From: the human T2T-CHM13v2.0 reference genome, Homo sapiens
Reading direction: 5' to 3' (one strand)
DNA length: 64,000 nucleotides
Assembly (NCBI RefSeq): GCF_009914755.1
Contig: NC_060941.1
This document shows positions 14,656-27,324 of this stretch, piece after piece (position 1 is the first letter of the stretch; every line of letters starts with the position of its first letter). The position numbers and the translations under genes are program-made. The notes under the pieces are model-generated. The model was not told the origin of the DNA. It did no database searches and was given only the letters and a program-made list of their open reading frames with translations.

Positions 14656-15812
14656 ACCACTTTACAATGGATAACTCCAACGGCTTCCTATGTGCACAAC
14701 AGATAACAAATGTTCCTCACCACCTATTGGTGTGTGATGCATATGTAGACATTCAAAAATGGTCACCCAGTGGTTCGCATGTTAGCTGGGCTGACCCAAA
14801 ATCAGCTCCAAACGTCTTGCTCCTCTTCACAGAACCCAGGCATCCCCCCAGTCTCTGGCTCCATACTCTTCCTCTGATCCCCAAACATGCTATTCTGGAT
14901 ATGCCAGTTCCTTGGGCTGCTTTAAGGGAAAACCCTCTAATAAAGGTTGAGAGGTACAGCTGGGGTCAGGGTGGGGGCAGGGATCATGCATCAGAACTTA
15001 GGGACCCCTAGTTGTCACCCTGAGAGTTCTGGGGGACTTGGATTTCTACTGCTCCAAATAATCCCTAGCTGTAAATATTCAGCAAGAAAAGCAAGGTCCT
15101 CTGCCCCTGGTCTCTGGTTGCTTTTGAAACCCAGCACCTAGGCTAAAGAGTTAACATAACCTCATTGCAGAGGGATTTCTCTGTAATCTGTACACATGTC
15201 CCAGGGATCAGGACTGTGGGAGGTGGTGCTAGTCCGTGGCAGTTGCTCAGGCCCTTGGCCCTCAGCCCACCAAGCTCCCAAAGCCCTCTTGTTCTAGTTG
15301 ATTTCAAATTTAATTAAGAACAACTGAGCAGAAGCCAAGGTCTCTGCAGGGCCGTCACCCCTGAGCTTGGAGAGGGCCAAGGAGATAAGCATCTCATCAC
15401 AAACCAGAAAGCTGGAAGGGCCATCACCTTCACCTGTGAAAACAAGGCAGCAATGACCACCAGGATGCTCAGCAAAGCCTGTGGATGGTGCACGGAGGGG
15501 CGATGAGAACACCATCAGAGCAGACTCAACTGGAGCCACGTCCCGGCCATCCTCATAGGCAGGCAGGAGGAGGCCCCTTGCCTTTCCATGTCACTCTCAC
15601 CCTCTCTGGCCAAAAGGACTCACATTGTGCCCTCAAATTCATTAAGCTGATAGCCCACATCTGAGAAGGACTTAGCCAAAAAGAGAAAGAACAGACAGAG
15701 AAGAGAAAGAAAAGGTGAGCAGACCAGTTGGCCTGAGAGATCTGTCAAGTTGGAGCCCAGGAGGGGTAGATGCCTGGAGAGATACTGGGGTCACTGAGTA
15801 GCTAGATGGTTG

Positions 15813-16012
15813 TCCGATGTTTCTAAAAGTCTGGCCCACTGGCCCCCCTACCACAACATCAGAGCAGCTCCAAATTCTGGGATGCTTCTCTGTAATATAG
15901 ATTCCTAGGCCTCCACCCAGACTGAGGAAAAGATCCTCTAAGGGGGCCAGGAAATTAGCAATTTAAGACGTTCTTCAGGTGATTTTGACAATGACTTTTT
16001 AAGACTAGGACC
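15813..16012. mobile_element. MER5-like MITE (degraded)
   Basis: gatgtttctaaaagtctgg...tagattcctaggcctccacccagactg...ttcaggtgatttt. Confidence 0.55.
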
Positions 16013-16020
16013 CTCTAGAA

Positions 16021-16224
16021 CAGGGATTGGCAAACTACAGTCCATGGGCCAAATCTGGCCCGCAGCTTGATTTTGTAAATAAAGTTTTATTGGAACACAT
16101 GCCTGTTTGCTTATATATTGTCAATGGCTGTGTTTGCAATACAACGGTGGAGTTGAGCAATTATGAAAAAGATAGTATGACCCTCAAAACCTGGCCCATT
16201 ACAGAAAATGCTTGCCAACCCCTG
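16021..16224 (+). mobile_element. MER58A (hAT-Charlie)
   Basis: cagggattggcaaactac...gggccaaatctggccc...aataaagttttattggaacac...ttgccaacccctg; CTAG-centred 8-bp flanks ctctagaa / gcctagag. Confidence 0.9.
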
Positions 16225-16606
16225 GCCTAGAGCAGTGATTCTCGACCTTAGTAGTATGTTAGAATCAGCTGGGGAGTTTTCAACATTGCTGATGTGGGCT
16301 CACCTCAGTAAGAAAGTAAGCATAGGCGTCGATGGGTTTTGATGCTCTTAAGGTCTAGGAAATGTCTGGGGAAATCCTGGGCTCTTACAGAGCTGGTAAC
16401 AATTTAGAATTTCCTCCTGCCTCTTCCTCTGATGGTAAATAACTTCAAAAGGTATTTATGGTTGATCTTCTATGAACATGATGTTAGAGCTAAACAGGGA
16501 TTCAGACATACCTGCCTTCAGTTGCAAGAAATACAAGTCACAAGTTTTTTCCCCTTGGATTCTAATGTCCAGCTCTGTCCTTAGGGAGACATCCTTCACC
16601 CGGTTC

Positions 16607-16797
16607 CAGCGGTTTCCCAGCTCTGGCTGACCACCGACTGGTTGCATCAGAATCACTTGGGGGAGCCTCGTAGAAATCCAGACTCCAGGTCCCATTTCAG
16701 AACTATGAATTCAGTTCTCCGAGAGCGGGGCCCGTGGGTGGGTTTTGTTAAGGAGGTTCCAGGTGGTCGTTCAGACATCCAGGCTTGGGAGCCACTG
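16607..16797. mobile_element. MER5 MITE
   Basis: cagcggtttccc...gcatcagaatcacttggggg...gggagccactg terminal inverted repeats. Confidence 0.75.
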
Positions 16798-16994
16798 CTA
16801 GGAGGCTCTCTGGGGCTTGGCTGGAGAAAATCTTGTTTCAATCAGGTGGAAGGCTTTTTCCAGAAGCCAGCCCCCAGGCCCAGAGGAGTCATTTTTCTCA
16901 CTTTTGATGTAAACTTGGACAGTAGCTGACTTTATGTCCATCTCTTGGCTCCCAGTGAAATCGGACCAGAATACCATGATCTCTGTTAAAGTTG

Positions 16995-18147
16995 GGGTGT
17001 GCGTGTATGTGTATGCTTGTGTGTGTGTCTGTGACTGTGAGAGTGTGTATGTGGGCAAGTGTGTGCGTGTGTGTGAGCATGTATATGAGTGTGTGTACCT
17101 GTGCATGCACGTGTATACATGCATGTTTGAGTGTGCTTGTGTGTGTGGACATGTGTTAATGTATGTAACTGTGTTAGCATGTGAATATGTGCATGTGTAT
17201 TTGAGTGTGAGAGTGTATATGTAGGTAAATGTGCAGGTGTGGGTGCATGTGAGTGTGTGCATGTGTGTGAGGATTTAGGTGTGTGTATATGTGTGTTTGA
17301 GTATGTGTGTGTGTGCATGTGGGTGTATGAACTTGTTAGCATGGGTGTTGGTGTACGCATGTATGTATGAGCATATGTGTATGTACATATGTATTTGAGT
17401 GTGAGTACGTGCATGTGTATTTAAGTGTGTGCATTCGTGTGTGTCAGTGTGTGGGTGTGTGCGTGTGTTTGAATGTGAATGTGCAGATGTGGGCATGTAT
17501 GTTTGAGTGTGTTTCAGTGTGTGTGGGTGTGTGCATGTATGAGTATGTGTCTTTCAGTGTGAGTGTGTGGGTGTGTGCATGTCTGAGTGTCTTTCAGTGT
17601 GAGTGTGTGGGTGTGTGCATACATGAGTGTGTGTTTCTGAGTGTGTGGGTGTGTGCATGTATATATCTGTGTGTGTTTCTGTGTGAGTGTGTGGGTGTGT
17701 GCATGTCTGTGTTTGTGTTTCAGTGTGAGTGTGTGGGTGTGTGTATTTATGTTTGTGTGTTTCAGTGTGAGTGTGTGGGTGTGTGCATGTATGTTTGAGT
17801 GTGTGTGTTTCTGTGTGGGTGTGGGCGCATCTGTTTGTCTTTCAGTGTGAGTGTGTGGGTGTGTGCATGTATGAGTGTGTTTCAGTGTGTGTGGGTGTGT
17901 GCATGTATGAGTGTGTGTGTGGGTGTGTGCATGTATGTTTGAGTGAGTGTGTTTCTGTGTGAGTGTGTGGGTGTGTGCATGTCTGAGTGCGTTTGTCTTT
18001 CAGTGTGAGTGTGTGGGTGTGTGCATGTTTGTGTGTGTTTCAGTGTGAGTGTGTGGGTGTGTGCATATATGTTTGAGTGTGTGCGTCTTTTGGTGTGTGT
18101 GGGTGTGTAGATGTATGTTGGAGAGTGTGTGGGTGTGCGCGCGTGCA
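16995..18147. repeat. TG-rich low-complexity tract grading into a ~40-48 bp minisatellite (core tttcagtgtgagtgtgtgggtgtgtgcatgt)
   Basis: Directly visible; the core recurs more than 10 times in 17510-18070. Confidence 0.95.
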
Positions 18148-18319
18148 TAAAATCACTCCACAAGAGCCAGACCTTGAGCTGAAGCGCTCAGATTTTCAGT
18201 GGCCCAGCCAGGCCAGGCAGGGGTCGGGGGAGGCCAGTAAGTGCCAAAGGCCCCAAGCACCAGGAGGTGCCCACACCAGGGCCACGCACTGCAGGCAGGT
18301 CCTGGACCTTCCACAGCCC

Positions 18320-18510
18320 TCAAATCCCTCTGCCACTTACCTGCCCTGTGGCTTAGACAGGTGCTGCCGCCTTCCCAAGCCTCGGGTTCCTCATCCACCT
18401 CAGAATAATGAGTGTACCCACGTGATGAAATTTTGGATGGGGGGAAAAAGGGAAAACTAAGATAATGTTTTTAAGTGTCCAGCTCAGTGCCTGGCTACTA
18501 GCAACTGCTC
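18320..18510 (+). mobile_element. MIR
   Basis: caaatccctctgccacttacc...gcctcgggttcctcatc...cagtgcctggc. Confidence 0.65.
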
Positions 18511-18730
18511 ACTTGTTTGTCCTTGCACCAAACATTTAGTGAGAACTTGCTCTGAATGGATTCTTTTCTGGGGATTGGAAATAAAACATGGAACGAAACC
18601 CCAGAAAAATCCCCATCTTCATAGAATGTACGTGCTAACAGGGATGGGGAGGAGGACAAAAATAAACAACCAAGGAAGCATATGGTACCTTCAGATGGTG
18701 ACCAACGCCATAAAGAATAACAAATAGGAC
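18511..18730 (-). mobile_element. L2 fragment
   Basis: caaacatttagtgagaac...ggggattggaaataaaacatggaacgaaacc...aaataaacaa...cagatggtga. Confidence 0.6.
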
Positions 18731-19691
18731 CACAGACACCACGTGAACCCAGAGACATGAGTGTTGGTCACCATTCAAAAGCTGATGCAGCCAGTGGTGA
18801 CGCCTCCCCTGTGGAGGGTTTAGCTCCTTCACCCCAGGACTCCCTAACTTCCTGGGGCTCAAGTATAGTTATTTGTGGTTAAAAGCTGAGCATTCTATCG
18901 TGAGAGTTAGGCAAAGCAAAACAAAAACAAAACCTAAAATGAAAACATTTTGAGAAAAACAAACAAAACTCCTCTACACGTTTACCAGAGATTTGTTTCT
19001 GCCGGCTTCTTGGCTGAGAGTGAATATTTATCTACATGCACAAAAAGAACTGGGTTGGGGGGCAGAGGCACCTGAAGGGGGACCCCGTTTCCAGAGGGGC
19101 AGCTGCCAGCTACAGGGATGGCTGGGACCCCGAGCCTGCCTAGGAGGAATGCCCTTCCAGAACCCAAACCTTCATTTTTAGGATGTAACTCTAGATGCAG
19201 AAAAGACTGAGAAACCAAGACTGGCAGTTTTAGCCAACCGCGTTCCCAGGGGCAGTTTTGTAATGGAGGAAGAAGATTTTGAAATACCTCGCTCTTCCAG
19301 CCAGTGAGAAATAAATCTCCATTTCTGGTCAGAGGCTGAGACTCACTGGCTCTTGGATTCACTCAGGAGAGAAATCCACCATCTCTCCCCTGGCCCATCT
19401 CATCTCCACCCAGCACCACCAGGGAAATGACTGTTCCCTAGCTGCATTCACCCGGCTTTGAAAGATCCTGCGAGGCTTTGAGAAGGAAAATGCTTTATGC
19501 TGACTGTGCTTTCTCAGCTATCATTTGGGCTGTTTCATGCAAACTCAGCCCTTAGGCACGTTTTATGCCTTTATTTCAATTCCACTCATCCCCTTACCAA
19601 CACACACACACAGACACACGTACTAGAAGCCAGGATCTAATTAGACAATGTCAATAAGAGTTCTTTAAAAACTGCTGGACATAAACAAAGT

Positions 19692-19800
19692 GGGATTCAC
19701 TGTTATTATTCCCCATCAAATCAACAGGACATTTTCCCCCAAAGCCCCACAAATACACACATCCCAGGGCAACCGAGCGTTTTGGAGAGGTCTCAGTGGG
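19692..19800 (+). repeat. Left arm (source) of 109-bp inverted duplication
   Basis: Reverse complement of 20863-20971 with 3 mismatches. Confidence 0.97.
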
Positions 19801-20136
19801 CCATCTGCATTTACTGACCTCGTTGTGAGGAAAGGACAGGAAAAAACAGACAGCAGGGATATAAGATTCTCCCACACAAACTGGACCCCCAAGACACTCT
19901 GCATTGTTTCATCAATGACTGTCACACCCCTTCCTTCTCTGGGACCACAAGGAAGACCGACCAGGGATCCATTTGAATCTTAACACTAAAGCAGAAGAGG
20001 CCACTTGACATATGTTTACTAAACACCCACTCTATCCCCCGATGATACTAGATACCAGATGATACACAAACAAAGAAGCCATACTCTCTTCTTTCTAGGA
20101 ATGCAGAGTCCATAAGGATAACAGACGAACAGATGC

Positions 20137-20439
20137 TTTTTGTTTGTTTGTTTTGTTTTGAGACAGAGTGTCGCTCTGTCACCCAGCCTGGAGTGCAGTG
20201 GCACGATCTCGGCTCACTGCAACCTCCACCTCCCAGGTTCAAGCTATTCTCATGCCTCAGTCTCCTGGTAGCTGGGATTACAGACATGCACCACCATGCC
20301 CAGCTAATTTTTGTACTCTTAGTAGAGACGGGGTTTCACCATGTTGGCCAGCCTGGTCTTGAATTCCTGACCTCAGGTGATCTGCCTGCCTTGGCCTCCC
20401 AAAGTGCTGGGATTACAGGCGTGAGCCACCTTGCCCACC
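20137..20439 (-). mobile_element. AluSx-like
   Basis: Full antisense Alu, cctgacctcaggtgatctgcctgcc. Confidence 0.95.
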
Positions 20440-20469
20440 ATAGACATGTTTTTAAATGACAGTAACATC

Positions 20470-21085
20470 CAACCTCCTTTCCCTGACCAGTAAGACCTTA
20501 TGTGATCTGATTCTCTACCTCCTTTTTTGAACATATGCTGTACTCCTTTTGCCTCATTTGCTGTGTTCCAGCCACACTAGCCTTCTTGCTGTTTCTCAAA
20601 TGTGCTAAGAATATTCCCACTTCAGGGCCATGGCATTTTCTGTTCCCTCTGTCTGGAATGTTCTTCCCGCGGACCTGCCAGTGGCTTTCTCTCTACTTCC
20701 TGCAGGCTCTGCTTCCTCCAGGGAGGCTCTTCAGCCGCTCTACCTGAGACAGCCCTGTGTTTTCTTTATCTATCCTTTTACCCTGTTTTGTTTTTTTTCC
20801 ATAGCATATGTCACTGTCTAACATGATGGTACAAATGTATTATCTGCCTCTCTCACTAGAGTCCCACTGAGCCCTCTCCAAAATGCTCAGTTGCCCTGGG
20901 ATGTGTGTATTTGTGGGGCTTTGGGGGAAAATGTCCTGTTGATTTGATGGGGAATAATAACAGTGAATCCCCTTGGTGCTCATTGGAGCACCAATTTGGT
21001 TTCTTTTGTTTCCTGCTATATGCTTAATGCCTAGCATATAATGGGTAAACAATAAATATGTGTTGAAGAAATGAATAAATAAATG
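20470..21085 (+). mobile_element. L2 3' portion, interrupted at 20863-20971
   Basis: ttccagccacactagccttcttgctgtttctcaaatgtgc...ccctctgtctggaatgttcttcc...cactagag / ...aataaatatgtgttgaagaaatgaataaataaatg. Confidence 0.85.
20863..20971 (-). repeat. Right arm (inserted copy) of 109-bp inverted duplication
   Basis: Matches 19692-19800 in reverse orientation and interrupts L2. Confidence 0.97.
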
Positions 21086-22540
21086 CTATAATGAAAACAG
21101 AATGCAGCAGAATCTATCCAAACCACTCCCAGCCTGTTACGTGAGTATCCCACTTGAAGCATCTCCGTTCCTGGAAAGTTTCCTTTAAGCACAGTTCCAA
21201 GGACCAAAGTTTATTTCTCAGAGGCCATTTATTGTAAGACTTGGAGATGTGTTTCTCTGGAAAAAGATGTTTACACCACTGTACACTGAAATCTCAGAAA
21301 AGTGCTCCAAATCATAGAAATATACAATGGCGATTTTCTAAAATATGAGCTGCAGAATTTCAAACACTTCTATGTGAATGCCCTCTTAATAAAGCAAAAC
21401 AGTGTCAAGATGATACAGTGGAAGTGAGGCGGGAATCAGAGCCTCACCCACCAGGGCCTCCTTCCCTCCTCAAAAGCCATCACTAAGACAGATGAATGAC
21501 ACGAAGACTGTCACTAAGATGCCCAGCCACCTACAGACATGGTTTACAAAGCAAATACCAAATCTTCCCAAGAAAAGCCAGGACAAATGGAAATAAGTGA
21601 GAGTATATTTGTCTGTTGACATTAAAGCTTCAAAGCCTAGAGAAAGTATCATCACCAGCCTCTGGCAAAAGGCACCCCTCCCAGCCATCCCCAGCAGCCT
21701 ACTGCAGAGGCACAAGCATCTCTTCTGGATTGGTCAGAGCCAGGGTCAGGACACTGAGGCACAGTTGCCGGCTTTAAAATATCTGTGATGCAAAACAATT
21801 TTGATCAGGGGAGAGAAGGAAATCATGCAAGTGTGATGATCCAAAATGCAGCAGGAAATAAGCAAAGGAGGAGAGTTTATGAGAGTTTATATTGGACAAG
21901 TCTAGAAAAAAATGAAACAGAACAGCAGTGTATTTACTGAATCTGGTGGAACAGGGACGCCATAAAGCCAGGTTAAGTATGTGCAGTTAGGGACCATGAT
22001 TCCCTGTATGCATGTCTGGGTCATCTACGAGCTGCTTCCTGCTTGCTGTAGCATCATTCTACTCCACACACTGCCACTGGGAACCCTCCATGGGCTGGTG
22101 GAAGAGATGTAAGATGAGAAGACAGAGGATCTCACAGCTTACCCTCAACTGCCTCAACAGCCCAAAGACACCCGTCAAGGGAGCAGTCATAATAATAACA
22201 GCAGCAATTGTGATCGTAGCAAACACCCCTCCTCCCTGGGCCACTGTAGGGGACAAAAGCTCCCCATAAATTGTACAGCAAGTTTTAGTCATCTGTTTAT
22301 GCAAACACTCATTGCAGGCCTCCTCTGGGCCAGACTTTGCTCAGCAGTAACTGGACAGACAGAGGCTAGGAGCACCGGTGCAGATCCTAGCAGGAAATGC
22401 AGACAATGCAGAGAGAGAGAAGTAAGTTGGGTCGTACAAATAAATATGAGAAACAAGAGAACAGGGCAAGGGCTGGTGGACAGCTGGGGTTCAATGTTGA
22501 ATAGAGGGGTTGGGGAAGCTCCCTCTAAGGAGGGAACATT

Positions 22541-22851
<311 letters not shown>

Positions 22852-23810
22852 TGAGCAGACACCCACATGAAGGGCCAACCATGAGACCGTCTAGAAGAAG
22901 AACGTTCCAGGCAGTGGGAACAAGAAATGCAGAAGTTTGCAGCAGAGGCTCAGGCAGGTGACCATGGGGAAGAATGAGGTAATGAGGGACAAAACTTCCC
23001 CAACCAGGGCAAGACTTGAGACTATGCTCCTCCATGTGAGTTGGGAAGTAGCAGGATCACCCAGTAACATCCGAAAAGCGTCACTCTGGCAGATCTCGAA
23101 GGTAGCATTATTGCTGCATGCCCAGAACCACTCGTAGCAGCTCCTGACCTCTGTGAATCCAGTGGAAACAACTCAGACTGACCACATAGTGGCTCTCCCT
23201 TGGCCTTTGACTCTTCCATCTGTTCATTTTTTATCAACAGATTAACTGCAGAGCAAAGAGAACAGGGAAGTTGCGGCGGTACCACCATCTCCCACCAGGT
23301 TATGCTCCTCCACGTCCCTGGTGAATTTGCATGAGATAACAGCAGTAAGGAATAGTAAGGAATTCATTGTAACAGAACAGAAACCACAGGATGTCATAGC
23401 AAGAGCATCCCAAAGCAGGAACATGTTAGGGTTAGAGGTAAGATGTTGAAGCAAAAAGGCGGTGGGTAATAATTACGGTGCAGACACTGCTTAACCAAAT
23501 ATGCTTTTCCATGTTCCTGCCGAGGAATGCCCGATGCAAAACTATTTGCATGCTCTCACTGCACATGTCATCTGCAAAACAGCCCAGCACAGTTCTGGTT
23601 TCTCTAGGTGAGGTGACTCTGCTTTCCAGGATAGCAGCAGGATTGTTGCTTTGCTCCGGGCCTTGTCGTTGGCCATGGAGGAGCCAGACTGCAGGCTGTG
23701 ATGTGCTTGCCTCAAGGCTGGACTATCAGAGCATCAGAGTGTGTCTCCGAATGTCAGGAAGAGGAATCGGGTTGACTGAGAAGGGCGGTGATTTCTGATA
23801 GGAGGTTCCC

Positions 23811-24106
<296 letters not shown>

Positions 24107-24294
24107 GTTCCCATTCACCCTTCTATGCTAGACGAGTGTTGTTGGGTTATTATTCCTTCCAAACTTAAAAAATTATGGGGAATGTTAGAGCCCAAAAAAC
24201 AGGAGCTACAGGCTAGGGGTTACTAATCACAGGGCCTGGGGTTCCCTCTGACAGCAAGGGGAGGTGATTCAGCTGTGCCTTCTCATTGTCTCAC

Positions 24295-24738
24295 TGTGTG
24301 GGTTGAATTGTACACCCCCGCCCCCCAAAAAAAAAGATCTATGGAAGTCCCCTATTGACTCAAAATGTGACTTTTTTGGAAAGAGGGCCTTTACATGGGG
24401 TAACCAAGTTAAAATTGGGTCATATAGATGGGCCCTAATCCATCAGGGCTGGTGTCCTTATAAAAAAGGGAAATTTGGACACTAGACAGACACACACAGA
24501 GGGAAGATGATGTAAAGACAAAGGGAGGAAGCCGTTCACAAGCCAAGAAACGCCTGGGTCTCCTCACAGCTAGGCAAGCAGCCTGGGGCAGATTCACCCA
24601 CACAGCCCTCAGAAGGAACCAACCCAGCTGACACTTCATTTTCCACTTCAAGCCTCCAGAATTGGGAGATGATAAATTTCTGCTTAAGCGCCCCAGTTTA
24701 TGGTACTGCTGTTTAAGCCCTCCCAGGAAGTGAATACA
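24295..24738 (+). mobile_element. MLT1C-like solo LTR
   Basis: tgtgtgggttgaattgt...gggccctaatcc...ggtgtccttataaaa...tgaataca; TG...CA ends and perfect 5-bp TSD ctcac. Confidence 0.92.
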
Positions 24739-25454
24739 CTCACCAATAACAGCTTATACTGAAGGGCTGTCTTTAGCGAATATTAGTGAACCCTGGTGTC
24801 CTGCAGGGGACGTTCGCAGAGTTGAAGATGTGGATAATTTCACATGGTTTTTGCAAGGTGCTGGGCTCCCAGCACATATTCTGCAACAAGCTCTATGAAC
24901 ATGGCCTCCTCCCGGATTTTCCATGCTTGCTTTGCATTAAGCAATAGACTGAGACTTGGACTATCTCATTTCACCCCGAGGAACAAAATGAGTTGGATGT
25001 TTACACCATTTTATAGGTGAGAATACAAAGGCATTAGTTGTTGTACAGTAGTCATGAAAGATGGCTGAAAAATCAGGTGCAAAGAGGGTGTGCCAGGGAG
25101 CCCCCATGAGGAGGGCTCTGCTAACAGACAGGGGAGGGCCAGGGAGCCGTAAGTTCTTCTGAGCCAAGGAAACCCATCCTGGAGGAGAAAGAGATAGACA
25201 GGCCAGAGTTCCAAGCCTGGTTCTGCCTCCTGCAGCCATCAGGCCTTGGCCATCTCCATGCCAGGGTTTCTCTATAGGAGGAGTATCGGCAGGGGCGTCC
25301 ACACATGGCAGGACATTCCACCCCCCTAGCATCCACCCACTCCCTGCCAGCAGGGCGCTGCACTTCCCCCCAGGCATCGGGGACTTCCACAATCACCCCA
25401 CACATTCCAAACACCCCTTAGGGGGTGGTGCCCTGTCCAGGTGGGAACCCCTGA

Positions 25455-25839
<385 letters not shown>

Positions 25840-25868
25840 GGGACTTGAGATTTTAGGTGTATAGAAGG

Positions 25869-26067
25869 CAGCATTTTCCAACCTCAGTGCCATTGACATT
25901 TTGCCCTGGATGGTTCTTTGTCATGGGGGTCTTGTCCTGTGCATCGTATGACATTTAGCAGCACCTCTAGCCTCTTCCCACGAGATGTCAGGAGCACCCC
26001 TCTCCCAAGTCATGACAAGCAAAACTGTCTCCAGACATGGCCATATGTCCCCAGTTGAGAGCTGCTG
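25869..26067. mobile_element. MER20 (hAT-Charlie)
   Basis: caacctcagtgccattgacatttt...gtcctgtgcatcgtatgacatttagcagca...tgtctccagacatggcc...cagttgagagctgctg. Confidence 0.88.
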
Positions 26068-26289
26068 ATAATAGAATAATATTCAGAACAGTGTGAGGCT
26101 TGTAGTAGGGACTGAAGGAATTACAGCTCTTATTACAAAAACATCCAACTTCCTTCTTTTTCTACTCAGTAACAACCACCAATCCAATTCAGGTAAATAA
26201 GAATGCACCACTGAGTCCGTGCACACTCCCATTAGGTGGGGCAGCCCACAGGCTGTGTCATGGATTCCAAGGACTGAACGTATGTATGG

Positions 26290-27320
26290 CCATTGTCCTC
26301 CTCTTGCCAATTTCAAAGGTCCTTGGCAGAAGCCTTGGCCTTATCTGTGACTGCTCCCTCTCCAGCAACTCTCTGATCCACCTGTCACCAATCCAATTGT
26401 TCATTCCTCCATATACTCTTTTCTCTTCATCCCCACTGCCAATTCCAAGGCAAAGCACCCTTCATCATTCACCCAGAGATCCCAGCAATTTCTAAAGAAA
26501 GCTCTGGACCCTAATCTTTCGTCTCTCTCCTTCAATCCTTCCACCTCTTCCTGTTGGGGCTTCACTCCCCGGACACCACTCTCATCTTCCATATACCAAG
26601 GTCAAGAACTCTCCTGCCTTTCAAGTGCCTGATCCCCATCCCCTCTCTTGTGGACAGCCTGACTTTCTGCTTTCTGCAGTACGTAGGCACGTGCCTCCTC
26701 TCATCCCTCCTCTCTCACTGCATGCTCAGTGCCTTCAGACATGCAGAGTATCTCTCCAACCTCCTCCCATTCCTCCAATCCCAGTGCAAGCTCAGCGTCC
26801 CTCCTCCAAAGCCTTCTTTAACTCTCCAAACCCCACTCATTTCACCCTTTGCTCAAATTCTATTGCAATTATGGTCATTCACACACAGCAGAACACTTAT
26901 TGTTTAAATGCAGTATTGCCTTTCCACCCCCTGGTATCCTTAGATGAATGATGTTTTTATTTCCAGAGTTCTAAATTCAACCTTCCCTACCCCACCTCCT
27001 ACTAGATACCTGGCTTACTTCCTCCTTCTGTTTTTTGTTTAAATATCACCTTCTTAGCCAATCTTCTTTGACCACGCTATTTAAAACTGCAGCCCCTCCA
27101 CCATCCCCAAGTTCCTCCATCCCCCTCACCACCTAAGCAAGTCCTTGTTTTCATGGAGCTTACAGGAGCCGACATATTTGCCTGGGCAGAAAATATATTC
27201 ACTTTACCACTTATTTCATTCACAGACAGTTCAATATCGAATCTGTTCTCAGTATTTTATTATGACTCCTTATCAGTGTCCTTGATCTTGACTTTAATCT
27301 CTAAGGACAAGAACCTTCTC
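26290..27320 (+). mobile_element. Degraded L2 fragments
   Basis: Pyrimidine-rich L2-like text (cccagtgcaagctcagcgtccctcctccaaagccttcttt; aaatatcaccttcttag...accacgctatttaaaactgcag). Confidence 0.5.
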
Positions 27321-27324
27321 TGTT

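Noticed and set aside
16798-18163. His/Thr-rich and Cys/Val-rich ORFs resembling metal-binding proteins
   Set aside because: These are translations of the (TG)n/(CA)n tract.
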